DNA of 64,000 nt from an uncultured Solirubrobacterales bacterium. Lineage in GTDB: Bacteria > Actinomycetota > Thermoleophilia > Solirubrobacterales > 70-9. Shown piece by piece: positions 9,083 to 17,775 of this stretch. The notes below the pieces were generated by a model that worked only from the letters and a program-made list of their open reading frames with translations, was not told the origin of the DNA and did no database searches. The stretch spans positions 67,843 through 131,842 of the forward strand of contig CAVOHV010000001.1 of NCBI GenBank assembly GCA_963695805.1. Reading direction: 5' to 3'. How positions within the stretch are numbered: position 1 is the first letter of the stretch; every line of letters begins with the position of its first letter. Position numbers and translations under genes: made by a program.

Positions 9083-10020
9083 CCGGGCCTTCGACCACTG
9101 GGGCGGGGGGTGCCGCCGCGGCGCGACCCGTGGCCGCCGGGCTCCCGGACGACGCTCTTCTCAGCCTCGACGAGCAGGTGGAGGCGGCGCTCGGCGCCGG
9201 CGACGAGTCGGCACTCCCGATCCTCGGCTATGGGGAGATCTCCCTGGTGCTCGGCTGGCCTTCGGAGCAACCCAGGTTCGCCTGCAAGAGGCTCCCGGTC
9301 TTCGCCACCCGCTCCGGGTTCAACGCCTACCTGCGCACTCTCGACGCCTACCTCGACGCGCTGCGGCAAGCTGGGATTAGGGTCGTGCAGACCGAGCTGC
9401 GGCCGGTGACCCGAGATGACGGAAGCGTTGCCGGCTACGTGGTGCAGCCGGTCCTGCCCGCCGAGGACCTGGCTCCGGCCATCCTCGCTCACGAGGACCC
9501 CTATCCCGGGCATCCTCTCGTTGCGGCCCTGGTTGGCACGGTTGCAGACGCGGTCAGCCCGACGGTGGGACTGGATGCGCAGCTCTCCAACTGGACCTGG
9601 GACGGCTCCGTACTCACCTACCTCGACGTGTCCACCCCACTGCTGTGGTCCGACGAAGGCCGCCCGCTGCTCGATCTCGATCTGCTCTCGCGCGCCATCC
9701 CCTGGGCGCTGCGGGGAGCGCTGCGGCGACTCGTGGTCCCGGGAATCGTCGAGACCTACCACGACCTGCAAAAGGTCTACCTCGACCTCTGCGGGAACCT
9801 GGTCAAGGAGCGCCTCGACCGCTGGCTGCCGGTCTTCCTGGAGCAGGTCGCCCGCCGTCTGGACACCCCTCTCACCGCCGGCGAGGTCCACCGCTACTAC
9901 CGATCGGATGCCCGGCTGTGGGCGATGCTGCTACGGATCCGTCGGCTCGACCGGGCCTGGCAGCTGCGCGTCCGGCGCCGGCCGTATCCGTTCCTGCTGC
10001 CGGGGGAGATCGAGCGCTGA
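9079..10020 (+). CDS. hypothetical protein with protein-kinase-like motifs
   Basis: Start overlaps the aminotransferase stop (TTG 9079; alternative GTG 9130). Candidate kinase-fold elements: Gly-rich loop GYGEISLV, Lys in FACKRL, catalytic-loop-like GLDAQLSNW, and YLDVS. Family not identified. Confidence 0.5.
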   Translation: MTGPSTTGAGGAAAARPVAAGLPDDALLSLDEQVEAALGAGDESALPILGYGEISLVLGWPSEQPRFACKRLPVFATRSGFNAYLRTLDAYLDALRQAGIRVVQTELRPVTRDDGSVAGYVVQPVLPAEDLAPAILAHEDPYPGHPLVAALVGTVADAVSPTVGLDAQLSNWTWDGSVLTYLDVSTPLLWSDEGRPLLDLDLLSRAIPWALRGALRRLVVPGIVETYHDLQKVYLDLCGNLVKERLDRWLPVFLEQVARRLDTPLTAGEVHRYYRSDARLWAMLLRIRRLDRAWQLRVRRRPYPFLLPGEIER

Positions 10021-10356
10021 CGAAGGTCAGCCCCGGCGACGTAGGCCAACGGGCCGGTCGCGGCGAAACGCTGCCGGCCTCTGTCGGTATCTCTGACGTA
10101 CCCCCGGAAACGAGAAGCAGCGGGATTGATACGTACGCTGGCGAGGCGGGGCGGCTAGCCGGACACCCCCTTCCAAGAAAAGCGACACTCTTGTAGTTCT
10201 CTGCTCCGCGCCTCTTTTGGGCGAGAACCGGAACCCCGCCCGCGCCTCTATTTAGGCGCCGACGAAGGCACCCCACGCCTCAACCGGGAGCTCCTGTCGG
10301 TGCCCTTTCTGCAACAGGCTTCCTTCAAGCAGTAGTTGCCGAGCCCCGAGCCTCGG

Positions 10357-11430
10357 TCAACCAGCCACCCGGGGGCGCTGGAACTGGTCGCGCCAGTCGG
10401 GCCACTCGGAGGGCGGGCCCTTGGGGCGACGGACCCTGCGCGGATCCCCCTTTGGGAGGCCGGCGAGCAGCTCGCGGTTTCGCGGGTCGCGAAGCTGCTC
10501 GGCGACCGTGAGTCGGGCAACTTCGATGACGCGATTTCGGTTCGCGCTTCGCATGAGGTTGGGCCCCATCGCCTCGAGGTCATCGCCCGTGGGCTGAATG
10601 AGGAGAACGTCGGCGCCGTCGGCGCGGATCTTCTTCGCCTCGCTGCCCAGGCGCCGACCGGAGGCGCGACGGAAGAAGATAGCGACGGCGTCGCGGGGGT
10701 TGATCGCGCGGATCGGGTGCAGCGTGGAGGTCGGGTTGAGGCAGATGACGAGGTCCAAGCTCTCGTTGCGAAGCAGGTCCAGATTCGAGACCGAATAGAG
10801 GCCGCCGTCGACGAAGCGACGATTCGCGATCGTCACCGGGTGATAGATGCCGGGGATCGCACAGGAAGCGGCGACGGCATCGGCGAGGTCGGCCCGCGGG
10901 GCATCGACGCGGCCGAAGGGGGTGCGGCGGCCGGTCTCGTAGTCGCAGGCCACGATCCACAGGTTCGGGTGCGGGCTCCAGCCTCTGGGGACGACGCGAC
11001 GGATCGTCTGCTTGAGCGGCTCGGTCGAGAAGACGCCGCGCCACAACCAGCCGCTAAAGACAGTTGCCGGCGTGTAGCGGCGAGGGTTGACGAGAGTGCG
11101 AAGTGCGAGCTTCCAGGAGCCGGGACCGATCGGCGGCCAGGCGCGCTCCAGCTCGAATCGCGCCCCCGCGGCGCGGTCGGCCGTCGCCGCCGCGCGTCCC
11201 TGGGCGTCGCGCACGCCGTCGAAAGTTTCTCCACGCGAGTGGGCGACCATGAACCAGGGCGGGACGCCGGAGGCGCAAAGCGCGCCGATCATCGAGCCGG
11301 CCGAGGTTCCGATCACATAGTCCGCCTCCGCCGGGTCCCAGCCCGTCTCCTCGGCGAGCGCGTCCAAACCGCCGGTGAGCCATGCACCTCCCTGGATCCC
11401 GCCGGCACCGAGGACGAGCCCGATCTTCAT
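10357..11430 (-). CDS. patatin-like phospholipase
   Basis: ORF 10357..11553, with likely start ATG at 11430 (MKIGLVLGAGGIQGGAW). Oxyanion G-x-G-x-x-G and nucleophile elbow GTSAG are present. Confidence 0.85.
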   Translation of the reverse strand: MKIGLVLGAGGIQGGAWLTGGLDALAEETGWDPAEADYVIGTSAGSMIGALCASGVPPWFMVAHSRGETFDGVRDAQGRAAATADRAAGARFELERAWPPIGPGSWKLALRTLVNPRRYTPATVFSGWLWRGVFSTEPLKQTIRRVVPRGWSPHPNLWIVACDYETGRRTPFGRVDAPRADLADAVAASCAIPGIYHPVTIANRRFVDGGLYSVSNLDLLRNESLDLVICLNPTSTLHPIRAINPRDAVAIFFRRASGRRLGSEAKKIRADGADVLLIQPTGDDLEAMGPNLMRSANRNRVIEVARLTVAEQLRDPRNRELLAGLPKGDPRRVRRPKGPPSEWPDWRDQFQRPRVAG

Positions 11431-11582
11431 CCTTGTCGGAGCCGTGCATTCACGCCAGACGGCAGAATCATAGGTCGCTGCAGGCGACCGTGACGCCTCT
11501 GCCTGGTGGGGCGATCCCCAGTCCCCGGCTGGTTGCCTGCTGTAACTGCGCATGGTGCGTTCGGTGGGCTTGGGATTCGGCT

Positions 11583-12524
11583 CTATATCTGCCCTCCCCG
11601 CTTCTTGACTTCGTCGGCGTCGATCGCGGCCTCGACCTCGCGCTCCAGACCGCCGTGCTCCAGCTCCTCGACGACTTCGCTCTTCTCGTGCCGCGAACCG
11701 AGCGTGCCGACGACCGGCAGCTCGCGCTCGGCCGAGAGTTCGTCGAGCGCCTCCTGCATCATCGCCGTGACCGCGTGGTAGACCGCCTCCTCGTCGGGCT
11801 GGGGGCCAAATCGGCGGCGCAGGTCGAGCCTGGGCAGGACCTGGATCGTGATCTGGGAGGGCAGCGGGATGCGGCCCGGCAGGTCCAGCACCGTCACGCC
11901 GAAGGGAGGTGCGACTTGGATCGGCACGACCTTTAGCCGCAGCAGCCTGTCGAGGGCAAGGAGGTGAGAAAGCCGCTCGCCGCGGGTCAGGAAGAGGGCG
12001 GTCTCCTGGCCGCCGATCGCCACTACGGGGACGATCGGCACGTCAGCCGCAAGCGCGAGACGGACGAAGCCGCTGCGATGTCCGAAGTCGATTTCCCCCG
12101 AGTGCCAAGAGGGGCGGTAGGTCTCGTGGTCCCCGCCCGGATAGACCAGAACCGCAGCGCCCTTCCCCAGCGCCCTCATGGCGTTTTTGTGATTGGCCGG
12201 GATCGTCCCGTACCGGCGCAGCATGACGAGACCCGGTACCCGGAAGACGAGGTCGTGGGCGAGCTGGTGGAACAGCCGGTCGGGGCCGAAGTAGTTGTAG
12301 AAGCCGTAGGCGAAGGCGAAGGTGTCGGCGATCAGCGTGCCGCCCGAGTGGTTGCCGACAAGAAGCACCGGCCCCTCGGCCGGGATCTGCTCTAGACCGC
12401 GCACCTTGGGACGGAAATAGAGTTGCGCCACGCGCCTATAGGCTGGCAGGGTCTGGCGGATGAACCGCGGGTCGCGCTCGGCCAGCGGGTCCTCGGCGCG
12501 GGAGCCGAGCAGGTCCCGGGCCAT
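11583..12524 (-). CDS. lysophospholipid (PlsC-type) acyltransferase family protein
   Basis: 313-aa ORF with H-x4-D-type block LLVGNHSGGTLIAD and VLVYPGGDHE, as in 1-acyl-sn-glycerol-3-phosphate acyltransferase-like proteins. Confidence 0.8.
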   Translation of the reverse strand: MARDLLGSRAEDPLAERDPRFIRQTLPAYRRVAQLYFRPKVRGLEQIPAEGPVLLVGNHSGGTLIADTFAFAYGFYNYFGPDRLFHQLAHDLVFRVPGLVMLRRYGTIPANHKNAMRALGKGAAVLVYPGGDHETYRPSWHSGEIDFGHRSGFVRLALAADVPIVPVVAIGGQETALFLTRGERLSHLLALDRLLRLKVVPIQVAPPFGVTVLDLPGRIPLPSQITIQVLPRLDLRRRFGPQPDEEAVYHAVTAMMQEALDELSAERELPVVGTLGSRHEKSEVVEELEHGGLEREVEAAIDADEVKKRGGQI

Positions 12525-12806
12525 TACCGAGGCCGTTGCGCGGGTGGCGCCGAGCGCCTGGCTGAAGATCTCCCTTACCAGCTTCTCCTACCCGCCAATA
12601 GGGAGTGCCTCATTGCTTCCTCCCTTGAATCAAGTTCACCTGGACACGGTCGCATCTCGTGCTCGCGCTGCCATCCGTGTTCTCCACCGAGTGCGCTCGG
12701 AGTAGGAACACGGAGCCATGCCTGCTGGACGCGGGAACCGCCGGTTTTCATGAAAAGCGCCGCCATCACGATCGCAGGCAGCGAACCGGAACCGTCTCAA
12801 CTCCCC

Positions 12807-13253
12807 CTAGGAAGTGCTGCTGGTCACTGGTGGAGGAGAGTACGAGTAGCCGCTCGAGCCTGAGGCGCCACCTGAGCCTGACGAATAGCCGCTCGAGGAG
12901 CCGTAGTAGCCGTCATCGCCATACGTCTGCGCGTACGGATCTGTCGCGGAGCCGCTCGCCGGCGAACTGCCGCTCGAACCGCTAGTGGCTTTCGAGGTCG
13001 AGGCCTTGTTTGCACGATCTGCCGCCTTTGGGCCGAGCGCCGGGTCGCTCCCGGCGGCCATCTGCGCGGCGATCAGTCCGCCGATTGCGAGGGTGGCAAC
13101 GACGGCGAGCATCGCCACCTTCGCCGTCAGCGCTTTGGTGGATTGCCGTGGCGCACGCGACTTGGGGCGGTTCCACTGAGACGAGCGGACCATTTGCGGC
13201 TGCTCGACATCGCGCCGTGGAATCCACTCCGGGTATCGATCTCTGGAGTTCAT
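12807..13253 (-). CDS. signal-anchored Gly/Ser/Tyr-rich low-complexity protein
   Basis: ATG at 13253 overlaps the upstream stop (ATGA). Basic N-terminus, one TM (VAMLAVVATLAIGGLIAAQMAAG), then about 85 residues rich in S/G/Y (SGSSGSSPASGSATDPYAQTYGDDGYYGSSSGYSSGSGG...). Confidence 0.55.
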   Translation of the reverse strand: MNSRDRYPEWIPRRDVEQPQMVRSSQWNRPKSRAPRQSTKALTAKVAMLAVVATLAIGGLIAAQMAAGSDPALGPKAADRANKASTSKATSGSSGSSPASGSATDPYAQTYGDDGYYGSSSGYSSGSGGASGSSGYSYSPPPVTSSTS

Positions 13254-13891
13254 GCGGCTGGCTCGTAGTCGTAGGAGCGCGCCCCTGCCGGCCTTGAGAG
13301 CTGCTCGGACGGGAGGGGGATCCTCCGCTGCCGCCGGCCTCTGGTCGGCTCATCGCTCGGGAGGAGGCGGATCGTCGCCATCAACGCAACCGGAGCGACG
13401 GTGGCGATCACGATCAGCACCAGCCAGAGTGAACGGGCGTCCGTCCCGGCGCCGAGCGTGTGGACGACGGCCAGGACGTAGACGGCCAGCGTCCAGCGGT
13501 GCATCTTGCGCCAGAGCTTGGGGCCGATCCAGCGACGGACGTAAAAAGTGAGCCCAAGCAGCGCGGCCAGCCAGCCACCGATGATGCCGAGGCCGGTCCA
13601 AAGAGGCTTATGGGCCATGACGAAGGGAATGGCGATCCCGGCCAGCCCGGGCCGGAGGTAGCTATCGCCAAGCAGCGCCAAGCCATGGGCGGTAATGAAG
13701 ATCAGCGTCGCCAAGGCCGTCGCCTCGTGCACCTGCCTCAGCCTGGCCATCGCGCCTGGGCCCTTGGCCGCGCGCATCGCCATGGCCAGTCCGAGTCCGA
13801 CTGAAATCGCGGCCAGGGCCAGGGCTACGACGCCGGAGGCTCGGCTGAGGATCCAGAAGATGTGTTGGCCGGGGTCGCTGTAGGAGTTCAC
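13250..13891 (-). CDS. ferric-reductase-like transmembrane (MsrQ/YedZ-like, di-heme b) protein
   Basis: 213 aa and about 6 TM. Four conserved-looking His lie in TM helices (VHEAT, TAHGL, KMHRW, VVHTLG). GTG start overlaps the ApbE stop (GTGA). Confidence 0.7.
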   Translation of the reverse strand: MNSYSDPGQHIFWILSRASGVVALALAAISVGLGLAMAMRAAKGPGAMARLRQVHEATALATLIFITAHGLALLGDSYLRPGLAGIAIPFVMAHKPLWTGLGIIGGWLAALLGLTFYVRRWIGPKLWRKMHRWTLAVYVLAVVHTLGAGTDARSLWLVLIVIATVAPVALMATIRLLPSDEPTRGRRQRRIPLPSEQLSRPAGARSYDYEPAA

Positions 13892-14877
13892 GCGGGCACC
13901 GCCGTAGCCCCGTCACTGGGCTGCTCCGCTAGGGAGCCGCAGAGCTCGACTCGACCGTCGTCGAGAACGATCAGCCCGCCGTGCTCGGAGAGGATCTCGG
14001 GCGCCGCCTCTGGGCCTGAGAGAAAGGCCATCTTGGCCAGGGTCTCTGCCTCGAGGGCTGTCGTACCTAGTGAGGTCGTTTGGATCAGCCCGGTCCAGGC
14101 TGGGTTTCCGGTCGAGGGGTCGAGCAGGTGGTGGGCGAAGCCACCGTCCGTACGCCAGAGGCGAGTCTTGATCCCGCTCGTCGCCACCGCTCCGAGACTG
14201 AGATGGAACTCGTGTGCCGGACGGTCATCGAGCGGGTGGTCGATCCGGACCAGGCGCTCGAGCGGGCGCTCGCCGCCGATCCGTAGGTCGCCACCAGCGT
14301 CAATGACGAAGGTCGAGTAGCCGTCCATGCGCTCGGCGGCCAGATCCGCAGCAAGACCCTTGCCGCTGCCGCCGGTGTCGATGCGGACGCCAGATGGCCT
14401 ACTCACGAGTCCCGTAACAGCGTCGACCGAGACGTCGCGCCAACGAGCGTCCGCCCGGGGAGTGGCGGCTTCACGCTTGGGGGCGACTGACAGGGCCTCG
14501 GCGATGCTCTCCGTGGGTAGTTCGGCGTGCGAGCTGGCATAGCCGGCTTTTTCCAGTTCTTCCACCAAGGTCGGATCGACGAGACCCCCGGAACGCCGCG
14601 CAGCCCAGAGCGCACCCTGGACGGCAATGGCAACTGTTGGGCTGACGGAGCAGGATTCGCCGGGCTCCGCATTCAGTGCGCAGAGCTCGCTGTCCTTGTC
14701 GAAGCGGGTCAGCTTGCGGTGCAGCAGCCTCAGGAAGAACTCGATCTGGATACCCATCGCCTCGGGTGAGGGAAGCCCCGGCCGAACCGGCGCGCCGATC
14801 AGGACGCGCACATGGGTGCCGAAGAGCTTGAAGCGACGGTCGTATTCAACGTGCGGGTGGCCTGGGCCCGGGCTCAC
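13888..14877 (-). CDS. apbE: FAD:protein FMN transferase (ApbE family)
   Basis: 329-aa ORF. FGTHVRVLIG, LVDPTL, IDTGGSGKGLAADL and VIDAGGDLRIGG blocks are typical of ApbE. No obvious signal peptide or lipobox. Confidence 0.8.
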   Translation of the reverse strand: MSPGPGHPHVEYDRRFKLFGTHVRVLIGAPVRPGLPSPEAMGIQIEFFLRLLHRKLTRFDKDSELCALNAEPGESCSVSPTVAIAVQGALWAARRSGGLVDPTLVEELEKAGYASSHAELPTESIAEALSVAPKREAATPRADARWRDVSVDAVTGLVSRPSGVRIDTGGSGKGLAADLAAERMDGYSTFVIDAGGDLRIGGERPLERLVRIDHPLDDRPAHEFHLSLGAVATSGIKTRLWRTDGGFAHHLLDPSTGNPAWTGLIQTTSLGTTALEAETLAKMAFLSGPEAAPEILSEHGGLIVLDDGRVELCGSLAEQPSDGATAVPA

Positions 14878-14979
14878 AACTGGGATAGTCGCCTTGGGCG
14901 ATGAACGCCCCGTAAGCCCCCGATGAGAGTTCTCTTAGACAGTCGTGGCCGGACTCGGGCGCCCTCCTAGCATTGCCCC

Positions 14980-15657
14980 ATGCGGATCCTGGTCGTCGAG
15001 GACGAGCGTCCGATTGCCGAGTTCATCCAGCGCGGGCTCGAGGCTGAGGGCTACTCGGTCGCCTGCGCTTTCAACGGCGAGGAAGGCCTGGCGCTGGCGC
15101 GAAGCGGCGACTACGCCCTCGTTGTCCTCGACGTGCTCCTACCCAAGCTGAGTGGGCTCGAGGTGGTCAAGGGAATCCGCGAGACCGATGAGACCTTGCC
15201 GGTGATCATGCTGACCGCCCTGGCCGAGACCGACGACATCGTCACCGGACTCGATCTCGGCGCCAGCGACTACCTGACCAAACCCTTTGCCTTCGCCGAG
15301 CTGCTGGCGCGGAGCAGGGCACACCTGCGCCAGCCCGGCCAGGTCAACGCCACCTCACTGGTGGTCGGCGGGATCAGCCTCGACTTCCGCACCCGCGCCG
15401 TCGATCGAGACGGCCGCGGCGTCAGCCTCACGGCACGAGAGTTCGAGCTCCTGGCCTACCTGATGCGCTACCCCGACCAGGTGCTCTCCCGCGCTCAGAT
15501 CCTGAACGCGGTTTGGGGCTACGACTACGACCCTGGGACCAATGTCCTCGACGTCTACATCGGCTACCTGCGCAGAAAACTCGCCGAAGCCGACGGGGAG
15601 GCGCCGATAGAGACCGTTCGCTCGGCCGGCTTCCGGCTGGTGAGCGCCGATGCTTAG
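14980..15657 (+). CDS. OmpR-family response regulator
   Basis: MRILVVEDE, phospho-acceptor region LVVLDVLLP, and a C-terminal winged-helix (LTAREFELLAYLM...VRSAGFRL). Confidence 0.9.
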   Translation: MRILVVEDERPIAEFIQRGLEAEGYSVACAFNGEEGLALARSGDYALVVLDVLLPKLSGLEVVKGIRETDETLPVIMLTALAETDDIVTGLDLGASDYLTKPFAFAELLARSRAHLRQPGQVNATSLVVGGISLDFRTRAVDRDGRGVSLTAREFELLAYLMRYPDQVLSRAQILNAVWGYDYDPGTNVLDVYIGYLRRKLAEADGEAPIETVRSAGFRLVSADA

Positions 15658-17086
15658 CTGGATCCCGCGCGGGATTCGCCTGCGGCTCGTCCTGGCGATC
15701 TCCGCGGTCAGCGTCGCTGCAGTAGCCGCGAGCTTCTTTGCTCTGCACGAGACGACTGCCGCCAACCTCCGCAGTCGCATCGACCGCGAGCTGAATGAGC
15801 AGTACGCCGAGTTCCAGCAGCGCGTGCTCAGCGGCGGCAAAGTCACGGATCCGGCAGGGCTGCGGGCGGCAGGCGAACGCTTCGTCGCCGGGCAGCGCTA
15901 CCACCCCGAGGCCCGCATCTATCTGGTCTCGCCGCACGGGCTGGCCCCTGTCACCAACCAGACCCGGATCGTCGACGAGGAGCTCGCCGAGAGCCGCCCA
16001 GGCGGAGAGAGCGGCGAGGCTGATGCCGACGGCATCGTCTCCGCCGGGGACGGCTTGACAACGATCTCCACCGATGAGACTGGCAAGCTGAGGGTGCTGA
16101 CCGAGCCCGTCGTGGTCGGTGGGACGAGGATCGGCACCTTCCGCGTGGCCGATCCGCTTACCTCGATCGACCAAGCCCTGGCCTCGCTGCGCAACCGCTT
16201 CATCGCAGTCGGGCTCGGAGTCCTGCTGCTCTCCGTGGCGATCGCGATCTGGCTCGCCAACGTGATCTCGCGGCCGCTGCGGCGCATGGCGGCCGTAGCC
16301 TCGGCGGTCGACTCCGGGGACCTCTCGCACCGGATCGACTACGAGGGTGAGGACGAGGTCGGCGTGTTGGCTGAGGCGTTCAACCACATGCTCGACCGGC
16401 TCGAGCACGGCTTTCGCCTGCAACGCGACTTCGTCTCCGACGCATCCCACGAGCTGCGCAGCCCGCTCACCGTGCTCCGGGGGCGAATCGAGCAGCTGGC
16501 TGACCACGCCGGCGACCGTCAGGCCGTCGAGGCCGAGGCCAGTGAGTTGATGCGCGAGGTCCGGCGCATGGAGCGGCTCAGCGACGACATGTTGACGCTG
16601 GCCAAGGCCGAGCGTGGAGGATTGGTGCAGCGGCGCCGCGTCCCGGTCGACGACTTCGTCGAGGATCTTCGTCGCGATCTGCCCCTGCTTGGATCCCGCC
16701 ACTTCAGCGTCGAGTCGAGCCTCCATGGCGATCTCGAAGCTGACCCGGATCGACTGGCACAGGTCCTGCGCAACCTGGTCACGAATGCGGTGAGTCACAC
16801 CAGCGCTGACGGACACATCGACATCGCAATTGCCCCAGAGGACGGCTCGGCAGTCTTCGCCGTCAGCGACGACGGCAGTGGGATCGAGCCCGACCAGCTC
16901 GTGCGGATCTTCGATCGCTTCCACCGCACTGACGAGGGGCGCAGCCGTGCCGAGGGAGGCAGCGGGCTGGGGCTGGCGATCGCCCGAGCGATCGTCGAGG
17001 CCCATGGGGGCTCGATCACGGTGAAGTCCCCTCCGGGTGAGGGCGCGACCTTCCGCTTCTCGATCCCGGGCTACAGGTCGGCCTAG
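15650..17086 (+). CDS. sensor histidine kinase (two TM, HAMP, HisKA, HATPase_c)
   Basis: ATG overlaps the RR stop. H-box FVSDASHELRSPLT, N-box NLVTNAVSHT, G-boxes DDGSGI and GGSGLGLAI. Confidence 0.9.
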   Translation: MLSWIPRGIRLRLVLAISAVSVAAVAASFFALHETTAANLRSRIDRELNEQYAEFQQRVLSGGKVTDPAGLRAAGERFVAGQRYHPEARIYLVSPHGLAPVTNQTRIVDEELAESRPGGESGEADADGIVSAGDGLTTISTDETGKLRVLTEPVVVGGTRIGTFRVADPLTSIDQALASLRNRFIAVGLGVLLLSVAIAIWLANVISRPLRRMAAVASAVDSGDLSHRIDYEGEDEVGVLAEAFNHMLDRLEHGFRLQRDFVSDASHELRSPLTVLRGRIEQLADHAGDRQAVEAEASELMREVRRMERLSDDMLTLAKAERGGLVQRRRVPVDDFVEDLRRDLPLLGSRHFSVESSLHGDLEADPDRLAQVLRNLVTNAVSHTSADGHIDIAIAPEDGSAVFAVSDDGSGIEPDQLVRIFDRFHRTDEGRSRAEGGSGLGLAIARAIVEAHGGSITVKSPPGEGATFRFSIPGYRSA

Positions 17087-17298
17087 GGCGCGAGCTGCTC
17101 GCCAGTCTCGGCGTCGACCAGTGTGATCGCCTCCGTGGGACAGGCGCGAGCCGCGTCGACCATCTGGCGCAGCGGCGCGCTGCCGACGAGGTGAGCCGTG
17201 TCATCGACCTCGAAGGCCTCGGGCGCCAACTCGGCACAGTCCCCGTAGGCGAGACAGGCGTCTCCGTCGATATGGACCTTGAGCTTCATGAGGGCCAT
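17083..17298 (-). CDS. small ferredoxin (single-cluster, 3Fe-4S/4Fe-4S type)
   Basis: 71 aa. The pattern C-x5-C...C-P (DGDACLAYGDCAELAPEAF...ACPTEAI) is typical of actinobacterial ferredoxins. Confidence 0.7.
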   Translation of the reverse strand: MALMKLKVHIDGDACLAYGDCAELAPEAFEVDDTAHLVGSAPLRQMVDAARACPTEAITLVDAETGEQLAP

Positions 17299-17398
17299 CG
17301 TGGCCGGCCTGAATGAGCCCTGGGTAAGGCTCGGGTGAGAGGTTTCTTACAGAAGCGGTCCTAGCCCGACGCCGGCGTACGCGACTCAGGCCACGCTG

Positions 17399-17719
17399 TT
17401 ACCCGAGGCCTTCGGCCTGCTCAGCCCTCTCGCCAGCCTCGACGATGTCACCGTCGGTGAACAGCGTCGTCTTCAGTGCGATCCGCCACTTCTCAGTTCG
17501 TCGGGTCAAGAACTCGAGATCCATCGCAAAGTGCTTGAACTCCTCCTGCTGAGCGTTCTCCATGATCGCCCGTGCCTGCTTGTCGGGCTCAACCGACATG
17601 CGCTGCTCATACCAGCCGATAGCTTCGGCCTCTTCCGTTAGTGAGGCGATCATGCGGGCGAAGGTCCGGGTCTCCGCGCTCAGCTCGGCTGCGGGCTCGT
17701 GGTACTGATCGAATCCCAT
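17399..17719 (-). CDS. EncFtn-like (encapsulated-ferritin-type) ferritin-like protein, with no encapsulin shell gene recognised among neighbouring ORFs
   Basis: ORF 17399..17779. Best start is ATG 17719, with GGAGG 5 nt upstream. Motifs are E-x6-Y (EAEAIGWY) and E-x2-H (EFKH) 30 residues later, the di-iron ligand pattern I recall for encapsulated ferritins. Confidence 0.6.
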   Translation of the reverse strand: MGFDQYHEPAAELSAETRTFARMIASLTEEAEAIGWYEQRMSVEPDKQARAIMENAQQEEFKHFAMDLEFLTRRTEKWRIALKTTLFTDGDIVEAGERAEQAEGLG

Positions 17720-17775
17720 CGTGTCCTCCATGGTCGGGGTGCGAATTCGCTGAGGTCCACCCGTCACGGCAAGAC

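Noticed and set aside
15428-17005. 525-aa minus-strand ORF
   Set aside because: Antisense to the histidine kinase gene, which has all canonical H/N/G boxes. The composition is typical of a shadow ORF.
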